A stretch of 44,867 nucleotides of DNA from Methanomassiliicoccales archaeon (GTDB taxonomy: Archaea > Thermoplasmatota > Thermoplasmata > GCA-020350865), in the NCBI GenBank assembly GCA_020347705.1, contig CP070739.1, positions 2,739,174 through 2,784,040 on the forward strand, given 5' to 3'. Below, in pieces: positions 27,471-35,417 of this stretch (position 1 is the stretch's first letter; each line of letters opens with the position of its first letter). Below the pieces are notes generated by a model that saw only the letters and a list, made by a program, of their open reading frames with translations, did no database searches and was not told the origin of the DNA. The position numbers and the translations under genes are program-made.

Positions 27471-28171
27471 TATAACCCTCCTATCTTTTCTTTCAGATCT
27501 TCGATTTTTGATGTCATTTCGATTATATTCAATCGTTTTTTCAATATAAATAAATAAAGAAAGGTAAAGGCAACAACACCTGCTAAAAGACCCATTCCCG
27601 TCTCAGCTGACATCGAACCCTCGCTCGTGGCAACCACATTTGGATGCATACTCTGCCATATCCTAGAAGAAACGAATGATAACGGTACGCACACAAAGCC
27701 GATGATACCAAATATGGCCGCCAATCGAGATTTGTCCTCGCTTTCCACGCCGCCTCTTAAAACCAAATAGGCCACAAATATCAGCCAGAGGACGAATGTT
27801 ATTGTTAACTTCGTATCTTCCCAACGCCAGTACACACCCCACTCCGCACTTCCCCATATAGGGCCTGTTACTATGGCCAGGGTGCAGAAGACCACGCCAA
27901 CCTCAGCTGAAGCGAAGGCCAAATCATCCCATTTTTTTAAGCCTTTAGCAAGGTAAAGTATGCTCATGATAAAAACGACTCCGAAGGCAAGAAACGAAAC
28001 CCATGCGGCCGATACATGGAAATAAAATATCTTCTGTGCCTTTGGTGCGTTCCACCCGGGATCATCGACAACTGGTGTATAAATCAGGGCCATGTAAATG
28101 GCAAGTAGTACGAATACAAGGGCTAGTACCAAAACCATTGTATCCATTTTTTTATCGAATTTCATTTTCAT
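27470..28171 (-). CDS. ccmC: Heme exporter protein CcmC
   Basis: 233 aa and polytopic. The Trp-rich motif is GPIWGSAEWGVYWRWEDTKLT. Flanking His residues are present (FHVSAAW, MHPNV). Confidence 0.85.
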   Translation of the reverse strand: MKMKFDKKMDTMVLVLALVFVLLAIYMALIYTPVVDDPGWNAPKAQKIFYFHVSAAWVSFLAFGVVFIMSILYLAKGLKKWDDLAFASAEVGVVFCTLAIVTGPIWGSAEWGVYWRWEDTKLTITFVLWLIFVAYLVLRGGVESEDKSRLAAIFGIIGFVCVPLSFVSSRIWQSMHPNVVATSEGSMSAETGMGLLAGVVAFTFLYLFILKKRLNIIEMTSKIEDLKEKIGGL

Positions 28172-28851
28172 TCCTCGAGTACAAAGTCGAACAGAAGATA
28201 TGCTAAGGCGATATATATCACAGCGAACATTCCCAGTATTCTCAATTCGGGTATCGCATCAAGGATGTTGCCCTCCAAGGCCTTGGAAGTGGCGTTTATC
28301 GATGGCATTAACACTGTTAATAATATTACCGGTATTAATAATATTGGTATGAGCACCCCTCGGATGGACCTAGAATTTACCGCGATGCCGGATACCAGTG
28401 TTCCTGATATAACAAAAGAAAAGGTGCCTAGCAGTACCACTATGAGAACTGGTATGATATTTCCGTTATAGTCATATGAAAAAAACATGGTAAAGAATAT
28501 AACAGAGGAGATGTCCACGAGAAGGATCAAAAAGTAGTTGGATATGATTTTGCCGAAATAAATCGCTGACCTGTCCATGGGACATAGCATAAGGCCATCC
28601 AAAGAGCCGCGGTCCTTTTCCTTTGAAAAAGAGGTATGAAGCCCGAACATACCAGCAAAGCAAAAGGTAATCCATAAAATCGGGGGAACCAAAGGCTCGA
28701 GTTTCTCTTGACCTATACTATAGAAATAAAACGCGAAATAAAAGGCCACCATAATGAACAGAGAAAAAATGAACATGGAGAAGATCATCTCCTTGGTTCG
28801 AAACTCGGTCTTTATATCCTTTTTCGCTATGGTAAGCGCCTGGCCCATCAT
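28168..28851 (-). CDS. ccmB: Heme exporter permease CcmB
   Basis: 227 aa and about 6 TM helices. The N-terminus is typical of CcmB (AKKDIKTEFRTKEMIFSMFIF). It has 4-nt ATGA overlaps with both neighbours. Confidence 0.8.
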   Translation of the reverse strand: MMGQALTIAKKDIKTEFRTKEMIFSMFIFSLFIMVAFYFAFYFYSIGQEKLEPLVPPILWITFCFAGMFGLHTSFSKEKDRGSLDGLMLCPMDRSAIYFGKIISNYFLILLVDISSVIFFTMFFSYDYNGNIIPVLIVVLLGTFSFVISGTLVSGIAVNSRSIRGVLIPILLIPVILLTVLMPSINATSKALEGNILDAIPELRILGMFAVIYIALAYLLFDFVLEE

Positions 28852-29558
28852 CGCTGTGCCTCCATCAGGCCGTGATATTTCTCTTTGAAGCCCTCCAAAT
28901 CCATATCCGACTTTTTTGAATCGAAAGCTATCCTCCCATTAACCAATATCAAGAGTCTTTCTCCAATTTTGTGCCCAAGCTCAACGTTATGCGTTATCAA
29001 GAAAATCGTTTTCCCCTGCTTGTGAAATTTCATCAGCATATCGGTTACCGTCCCCCATGCTTTAAAGTCAAGGCCCGTGTAGGGCTCGTCCAAAAGAAGG
29101 ACAGGAGGATTGTGAAGAACCACCCTCGCCACTGCAGCCCTCTGTTTCATGCCCCTTGAGAACTGCCCAACTCTATCGTTCAATCTGTGGAGAAGGCCTA
29201 TATCATCTGCAGTAGCCTTGATCGTCTTTTCATCCTTTTTTAGACCGTACATTCTCGAATAGAAGAAAAGATTCTCTCTGAGAGTCAGATCGTCATATAA
29301 AAATGGATTATGGGATAGAACCCCTATGCTGTTCCTCACATCGATTGATTCCTCTGCCAGGTCAAATCCATTGATGACAACCTTTCCAGAGGTGGGTCTC
29401 GAAAGGGTGGATAATATTCTTATCAGTGTAGTTTTTCCGGCGCCGTTAGGCCCGAACATCACCACGAACTCGCCTTCTGTTACCTCCAAATTCAGGTCGT
29501 TTAAAACCTTCTTTCTTCCATATCTTTTTTGGAGACTTTTTAGAGAGATTATGGACAT
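28848..29558 (-). CDS. ccmA: Heme exporter ATP-binding protein CcmA (ABC ATPase)
   Basis: 236 aa. Walker A is GPNGAGKTT, the signature-like motif is FSRGMKQR, and Walker B is LLLDEP. Confidence 0.85.
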   Translation of the reverse strand: MSIISLKSLQKRYGRKKVLNDLNLEVTEGEFVVMFGPNGAGKTTLIRILSTLSRPTSGKVVINGFDLAEESIDVRNSIGVLSHNPFLYDDLTLRENLFFYSRMYGLKKDEKTIKATADDIGLLHRLNDRVGQFSRGMKQRAAVARVVLHNPPVLLLDEPYTGLDFKAWGTVTDMLMKFHKQGKTIFLITHNVELGHKIGERLLILVNGRIAFDSKKSDMDLEGFKEKYHGLMEAQR

Positions 29559-29760
29559 TACCGCGTAATCTACGAGTTCCTTATAAAATCTTTTGGGTTT
29601 TTACAGATATAATTTGTAAATATTTTGTACTATAGTAATTTATATTAAAAAAATACTGATGTATCATATTAATCGTTATCACTCAAGCACTGCAAAGAAA
29701 AAATTATTAACCTCAATCGTATCATTGCAGTTAGACATTAAACCTAAACGGTGAAATTAC

Positions 29761-31890
29761 ATGCCCGAGAATCTAGACGCCATATTCAAACCGCGTTCAA
29801 TTGCTGTGGTAGGCACATCGCGCAAGGATGGAACTATAGGCAGGGAGATACTTTACAACCTCGTTGCCTACGGCTTCAACGGTCCTGTTTACCCGGTTAA
29901 TCCAAAGGCCGCATATGTGAATAGCATAAAATGTTACCCAAGTATTTCTGCGATCCCTGACAAGGTGGATTTAGCCATTATCGTTATTCCCAAGGAACAG
30001 GTGCTGTCTGTTGTTGAGGAATGCGGGGAAAAGGGTGTGAAGGGCATTGTCGTGATATCGGCAGGTTTCAAGGAGATAGGGGAAAAAGGAATCCAGCTGG
30101 AGAAGGAACTGGTCCGAATGATAAAGAAATACGGTATCCGCCTTGTGGGACCGAACTGCATGGGTGTAATCAACACGGCGAAGGATATCAGGATGGACGC
30201 CACTTTCGGTTCCACCTTACCACTCGACGGCCAAGTGGGCTTCATGTCCCAAAGTGGTGCCCTGGGCAATATCATCCTGGAATATGCCGATGAACTTAAA
30301 ATCGGTTTTTCCAAGTTCGTGAGCATGGGAAATAAGGCGGATGTGTCGGGTAACGATCTCTTGATGGATTTCGAGGACGATGAAAATACAAAAATAATTT
30401 TGATGTACCTGGAGAGCTTCGGCAATCCAAGGAAATTCACAAAGATAGCTAGAAGGCTTACAAAGAAAAAACCGATAATTGCGGTGAAAGCGGGCAGAAC
30501 CTTGGCGGGAGCAAGGGCCGCTTCCTCCCATACAGGAGCCCTCGCTGGCCTCGATGTAGCGGTGGATGCGCTGTTTGAGCAGTGCGGTGTTCTGAGAGCG
30601 ACATCCATCGAGGAGCTATTCGATTATGCCGTGGCCTTTTCAAATCAACCCCTACCGAAAGGCAAGAAAGTGGCAATCGTTACCAACGCCGGGGGACCTG
30701 GAATCATTGCCACTGACGCCTGTGTAAGCCTGGGTCTGAAGATGAGCACGTTCGATAAAGAGACTTATAAAAAATTGGAAGAAATACTGCCTGAGGAGGC
30801 AAGCACACAAAATCCTGTGGATATATTGGGAGATGGAGGGCCAAAGAGATATGAAAAGGCCCTGGATGTGGTTTTGAAAGATATCAATGTGGATTCTGTG
30901 ATCACGATATTCGTACCCCCTCTGATGAGCAAGGCATTGGATGTGGCTGTTGCTATCTCGAAGGTGAGTGCTAACTACGATAAACCGGTTCTCGGTTGTT
31001 TCATGGGGAGAGAGGAGGTTTTAACCAGTATCCAGGAACTGGAGAAAAACAACATTCCCGCTTATCTTTTCCCTGAATCAGCTGCGAAATCTATTGCAGG
31101 AATGTACAAATATCGCGAACTGAGTAAGAGAAGTGAAGGAAATATAGTACATTTTGAGGTTGAGAAAAAAAAGGTAAAAAGCATCATAGACAACGCTCTT
31201 TCGGCCGGGAAAGGATACCTATCTCAGGATGAAGTGAGAGGCATCCTTGAGGCGTACGGCTTCAAATACCCTGAGACACAACTTGTAAAAAATGAGGAAG
31301 AGGCCGTAAACAGTGCAAATCGTATAGGCTTCCCGGTAGTATTGAAGATCGCCTCCCTGGATATAATCCATAAATCCGATGCCGGGGGAGTAGTGATAGA
31401 CTTGGAGGATGAAGGAGATCTTAGAGCAGCTTTCAAAAAAGTCATCTCAAATGTGAAAAGTAATGCTCCGGAAGCGAAAATAGATGGAGTCATGGTTCAG
31501 AAGATGGTTAAAGGTGGAAGGGAAACGATTTTAGGAATGAGTCTTGATGCGAGCTTTGGCCCCTTAATCATGTTTGGGTTGGGCGGGATCTATGTGGAGG
31601 TTCTCAAGGATGTAAGCTTCAGGATAGCGCCGATTACGGATTTGGATGCTTCCGACATGGTCAAGAGCGTAAAAAGCTATCCTCTTTTGAAGGGTGTCCG
31701 TGGAGAAAAACCTGTTGACATCGAGGAGATTGAAAAATACATACAGAGGTTATCCAGATTGGTCGAAGATTTCCCGGAGATAGAGGAAATGGATATCAAT
31801 CCTTTCGTTGTGTTTGAAAAGGGCAGATGCTGTAATGTTGTTGATGCAAGAATTAAAATAGAGCGCTCATACAAGCAAAATAAGTTTTAA
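29761..31890 (+). CDS. Acetyl-CoA synthetase (ADP-forming), fused alpha/beta (acetate--CoA ligase family)
   Basis: 709 aa. The N-terminal CoA-binding fold is IFKPRSIAVVGTSRKDGTIG. A succinyl-CoA-synthetase-like middle region contains GFMSQSGALG. The C-terminus is ATP-grasp (FPVVLKIAS...HKSDAGGV). Confidence 0.85.
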   Translation: MPENLDAIFKPRSIAVVGTSRKDGTIGREILYNLVAYGFNGPVYPVNPKAAYVNSIKCYPSISAIPDKVDLAIIVIPKEQVLSVVEECGEKGVKGIVVISAGFKEIGEKGIQLEKELVRMIKKYGIRLVGPNCMGVINTAKDIRMDATFGSTLPLDGQVGFMSQSGALGNIILEYADELKIGFSKFVSMGNKADVSGNDLLMDFEDDENTKIILMYLESFGNPRKFTKIARRLTKKKPIIAVKAGRTLAGARAASSHTGALAGLDVAVDALFEQCGVLRATSIEELFDYAVAFSNQPLPKGKKVAIVTNAGGPGIIATDACVSLGLKMSTFDKETYKKLEEILPEEASTQNPVDILGDGGPKRYEKALDVVLKDINVDSVITIFVPPLMSKALDVAVAISKVSANYDKPVLGCFMGREEVLTSIQELEKNNIPAYLFPESAAKSIAGMYKYRELSKRSEGNIVHFEVEKKKVKSIIDNALSAGKGYLSQDEVRGILEAYGFKYPETQLVKNEEEAVNSANRIGFPVVLKIASLDIIHKSDAGGVVIDLEDEGDLRAAFKKVISNVKSNAPEAKIDGVMVQKMVKGGRETILGMSLDASFGPLIMFGLGGIYVEVLKDVSFRIAPITDLDASDMVKSVKSYPLLKGVRGEKPVDIEEIEKYIQRLSRLVEDFPEIEEMDINPFVVFEKGRCCNVVDARIKIERSYKQNKF

Positions 31891-31938
31891 AATAGAATAA
31901 GGTCACCTTATCATCTGAGGTATCTTTCTCTTCTGCTT

Positions 31939-33264
31939 CTATTCTCCCCTGAGCTCCTTCATGTGTTTGATTCTCTTCTCTATCAGGTCTTTCTTCCCTA
32001 TGTCATGTCTCATAAAAACATTACCCTTCACATGGGATAACGCCCTCTCCGTGATCTTCTCGGCCTCGAATATACTGTCCTCCACTCCCACCACTGCCAA
32101 GGATCTTGATGAGGTCGTATAGATCTGATCATCCCGTTTGTCCACCGAGGCGTAGAACAGTTCTGCACCGCTTTTTTTTATTTTTACTTCGTTAACTTCC
32201 ACCTTCTCTCCCACGAGCGATTGTACTCCGTAACCCATGGGGACTATGTATTTGCATACGGTGGCCTTGTTCGTAAACGAGGCCTTCTTCGAAGATAGAT
32301 TACCGTCTATAATCCCACTGCAGATTTCTTTGAAATCCGAGGTCAAAAGGGGCAGTACGTTCATGGCTTCTGGATCTCCGAATCTGGCGTTGCACTCAAT
32401 GACCTTCGGACCTTGGGAGGTGAGTATGAACTGACCGTAGAGTATTCCTTTGTACGGAGTTCCCTCCTTGGCCATGGCATTTATAATATTCTGCATGATA
32501 TCGACACATTCGTCGTACTCATCTTTGGTGAGGAAAGGAAGTAAGCCGTCCTCTTGGGAATAAGAACCCATACCTCCTGTATTCGGCCCGATATCCCCTT
32601 CGTAGGCTCTCTTATGATCCTGTACGGCCGGCATGGGCATGAGGTGTTTACCATCGCAAAATGCCTGGAGTGTGAGCTCCTCTCCAACCATCTTCTCCTC
32701 GATTACGAAGCTTGATGAGCCGCCTATTTTATTGTCGATGATGTCCTGGCAGTAATCTATCACATCCTCCGTGCTCAACAAATGCTCCCCCATAATCTTA
32801 ACACCTTTGCCTCCGGTAAGTCCAATGGGTTTTACTACCACCTGCTTACCGTAATCTTTTAAAAATTTCTCCACTTCTTCGGTGTTATCAAAGATCTTAT
32901 AATCCACCATTCCTGGCAAATCATGTTTTGCCATGAGATCCCGCATATATTGCTTTGATATCTCTATTTGGGAGGCTTTCTGGCTTGGTCCAACGCTTTG
33001 GATACCCACTTTTTCAAGCACATCCACGATTCCCACACCCAAGGGCCCCTCGGGTCCTATTATGGCCCAATCTATCGCCTTGGATTGTGCCCACTCTGTA
33101 ATCTTATCGACTTCGGTTTCTTTCGTATATAGAATATCCTTGCTCAACTTTGCAATTCCCGGGTTGCGGTTCTTCATAACCGAGAAAATCTCCACATCAC
33201 TTTTGTCCAAAGCTTTCACAATAGCATGCTCTCTTGCTCCACCTCCAACAGACAAAACTTTCAT
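31939..33264 (-). CDS. purD: Phosphoribosylamine--glycine ligase
   Basis: 441 aa. The sequence opens MKVLSVGGGAREHAIVKAL. An ATP-grasp core follows and the length and order are typical of PurD. Confidence 0.85.
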   Translation of the reverse strand: MKVLSVGGGAREHAIVKALDKSDVEIFSVMKNRNPGIAKLSKDILYTKETEVDKITEWAQSKAIDWAIIGPEGPLGVGIVDVLEKVGIQSVGPSQKASQIEISKQYMRDLMAKHDLPGMVDYKIFDNTEEVEKFLKDYGKQVVVKPIGLTGGKGVKIMGEHLLSTEDVIDYCQDIIDNKIGGSSSFVIEEKMVGEELTLQAFCDGKHLMPMPAVQDHKRAYEGDIGPNTGGMGSYSQEDGLLPFLTKDEYDECVDIMQNIINAMAKEGTPYKGILYGQFILTSQGPKVIECNARFGDPEAMNVLPLLTSDFKEICSGIIDGNLSSKKASFTNKATVCKYIVPMGYGVQSLVGEKVEVNEVKIKKSGAELFYASVDKRDDQIYTTSSRSLAVVGVEDSIFEAEKITERALSHVKGNVFMRHDIGKKDLIEKRIKHMKELRGE

Positions 33265-33412
33265 ACCTTGCCCTCCGATTTATGTGTTGGGGTAATAGGT
33301 TTAGTTATGGTTATAGATTTTGGTCTCCATATATTTATAAATAATTAGTAGCTAAACAAGAACAATTTTATATAATAAATCAGACGTAGTACAGATGATA
33401 TGAGGGAGAAAC

Positions 33413-34444
33413 ATGGAGAATAAAACCGAGATGGGGCTTCTGCTCATAATTTTTGGATTGATATTGAGTATAATTTCCACCCTAGGAAGTGTTGCAACAG
33501 GGGATTTTGGAGGGACTTCTGTTTCTGCAAGTGCCATAATACCAGCTATTTTTGGCTTCTTAGCATTTATCTTGCTATTGGTTGGCTGGATACTTATGAT
33601 GTTGGGCAGGAAGGAATTCGGAGAGGAACACGCCCAGTTCACGATGTACTCATTAGTTGCATTCATTGTGGGTTTTATCGTAGTCATAATTGGCGGAATT
33701 ATTATGGCCTTTGGAATGATGGCTGGAGGTTTAGGAAGTATAAGTACCGAGGAAACTGTGGATTACCCTGCCATGGCAAGGGGCATGATGACAGGATTGA
33801 TAATCTCACAAATAGGTGGTATAATTTTTACCCTGGGTGCCATACTACTGGTCTTCCGTCTTGAAAATGAGGTGGGTATAAAAATTCTCTATCTAGCCTT
33901 GATAGTCTCAATAATTATTGCTATTGTGAGTATAATACTCATTTCATCTGCGGTAAATGACCTTGCAAACAAGTTGGAGGAAACACCTGAAGATCAACAA
34001 GAGGACGAATTTCTTGAGGGTTTAAGCGGACTCAGTTATTTAAATGGCATAGCCATTATTGGAACCTTATTGCTGTTGATAGGTTATTACATACCATATG
34101 ATAGGATCAAAAAGGGTGAACTGAAACCAGTTATGCTCCCTACCCAACCTTACGGTGCACCACCGTATCCTGCACAATACCCATACCAACCATATCTACC
34201 TTATCAACCTGGACCGTACCAGCAACCACCTTATCAGCAGCCCTATCCACCACAGTACCCCCCACAGCAACCACCGGTTACTCCCCCGGAAGGAGGAACA
34301 CCACCCTCTCAACCTCCAGCAGGCGTACCAGTGCAGCCAAAAGAGGTTCCCAGGGAAACTGCTGAGGTCATAAGCTGCAGGTTCTGCAATACCCAGATTC
34401 CTAAGGGAAGCATTGTCTGCCCTGTTTGTCAGAAAGAGCTTTAA
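33413..34444 (+). CDS. Polytopic membrane protein with a Pro/Gln/Tyr-rich linker and C-terminal zinc ribbon
   Basis: 343 aa with about 6 hydrophobic helices. An approximately 80-aa low-complexity tract is present (PYPAQYPYQPYLPYQPGPYQQPPYQQPYPPQYPPQQPP...). The protein ends CRFCNTQIPKGSIVCPVCQKEL. Confidence 0.6.
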   Translation: MENKTEMGLLLIIFGLILSIISTLGSVATGDFGGTSVSASAIIPAIFGFLAFILLLVGWILMMLGRKEFGEEHAQFTMYSLVAFIVGFIVVIIGGIIMAFGMMAGGLGSISTEETVDYPAMARGMMTGLIISQIGGIIFTLGAILLVFRLENEVGIKILYLALIVSIIIAIVSIILISSAVNDLANKLEETPEDQQEDEFLEGLSGLSYLNGIAIIGTLLLLIGYYIPYDRIKKGELKPVMLPTQPYGAPPYPAQYPYQPYLPYQPGPYQQPPYQQPYPPQYPPQQPPVTPPEGGTPPSQPPAGVPVQPKEVPRETAEVISCRFCNTQIPKGSIVCPVCQKEL

Positions 34445-34462
34445 TAAGGTAGATATTAGGAA

Positions 34463-34906
34463 TGCGGGGGAAGGGTGTTTAAGATATAATTGATGTAAAA
34501 TTATAACATCCACTGACACGCATGTAATACAAGCGTTCCCGAATTTAAATATATGTGGCTAAGGGTGCGGGGGATGTGGATGTTTAAGACATAATTGATA
34601 TTAAATTATAACATCCACTGACACGCATCGAATCTAATTATAAACCAATTAAAGATGCGGGGGAAGGGTGTTCAAGCTTAAGATACGAGTGATGTACAGG
34701 CATAACTTGAACACGAGTCCCCTGCACTGTATTTAATTATATTAAAAAAGGAAGTGCGGGGGAAGGGATTCGGGACCTAAAACTTTTTGAGGCTCACCTG
34801 CGCTGGCTCATGCTCCTCAAAAAGTTTCAGTCATCCAAAAACCTCGCATGAACCTGCTCGGTTCGCATATCAGTAAACAATTAAAGATGCGGGGGAAGGG
34901 ATTCGA
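34463..34906 (-). repeat. Five partial direct copies of the tRNA-Leu 3' end, each joined to a different hairpin-forming spacer
   Basis: The + strand string TGCGGGGG... is the reverse complement of the tRNA-Leu acceptor 3' strand plus discriminator. It starts at 34463, 34566, 34656, 34755 and 34888, and at 35016 in the intact gene. Identity with the gene copy extends 13, 9, 13, 18 and 19 nt respectively. Confidence 0.8.
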
Positions 34907-35015
34907 CACGGATAGAAAGCTTACTTCAGATTACTATTATCTCTGCTTTCATCCTATCGAACCCCTATCAATTTAATTTCAATTGTAATCCCCCTTAAAT
35001 TATAAAATAATGAAA

Positions 35016-35140
35016 TGCGGGGGAAGGGATTCGAACCCTTGAACCACTTCTGGACAGGATGTCCAAACCAGCGCAATGATTGAACCCTTACACCTTGGAT
35101 CTTAAGTCCTGCGCCGTTGGCCAAGCTTGGCTACCCCCGC
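35016..35140 (-). tRNA. tRNA-Leu (anticodon UAA) with a 40-nt intron at the canonical 37/38 position
   Basis: The reverse strand reads GCGGGGG TA GCC AAGCTTGGCCAAC GGC G CAGGA CTTAAG [ATCCAAGG...TTTGGAC] A TCCTG TCCAGAAGTGGTTC AAGGG TTCGAAT CCCTT CCCCCGC A. All four stems pair, a long class II variable arm is present and the discriminator is A73. No CCA is encoded. Confidence 0.85.
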
Positions 35141-35250
35141 TTCAAAGCGGATACCATCGCTGGGGATAGCCAAGCTCGCTCCGTAGACAAACCAATGGTT
35201 TGTCGAGGCGCAGAGGTGACTTTAGGTCGCCTCAGTGTGGCTACCCCCGC
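35141..35250 (-). ncRNA. Unclassified structured element that begins with a copy of tRNA-Leu positions 1-12
   Basis: The reverse strand is GCGGGGGTAGCC + 98 nt. A 10-bp closing stem (GGGGGTAGCC/GGCTATCCCC) encloses two hairpins: GAGGCGAC..GTCACCTC and GACAAACC-ATT-GGTTTGTC. It abuts the tRNA-Leu 5' end and does not fold as a tRNA. Strand and expression are not established. Confidence 0.3.
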
Positions 35251-35417
35251 ATTGTAGGAACAATGCACGGTTCGAAGGTATACCCTTAAAGGTTTTTTGT
35301 TTTTTCTATGGATATATCGAGTTATAAATGATGTTGATAAGACCAATCCTACCAAAATTTAAATATCTCTACCCGCCATTAGGGATATTACCCGCTAAAA
35401 TCAAAGAGGGGGAGAAT

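Noticed and set aside
29934-30608. A 224-aa minus-strand ORF and other long antisense ORFs inside acd, the cytochromes, pdxS and the glcD-like genes.
   Set aside because: They are shadow ORFs opposite strongly supported genes. Their composition is Ser/Pro/Arg-biased and no motifs are present.
33352-33687. A 111-aa minus-strand ORF.
   Set aside because: It lies antisense to the start of the 343-aa membrane protein gene. The hydrophobic look is a mirror effect of the TM-rich sense frame.
34463-35040. Could the regularly spaced repeats be a CRISPR array?
   Set aside because: The shared core is only 9-19 nt and is identical to the tRNA-Leu 3' end. Repeat length decays along the array and the spacers are 70-115 nt. 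No cas genes or leader are present in the window.
35131-35355. A 74-aa minus-strand ORF.
   Set aside because: It overlaps the tRNA-Leu 5' end and the structured element. Its composition is Arg-rich and non-protein-like.
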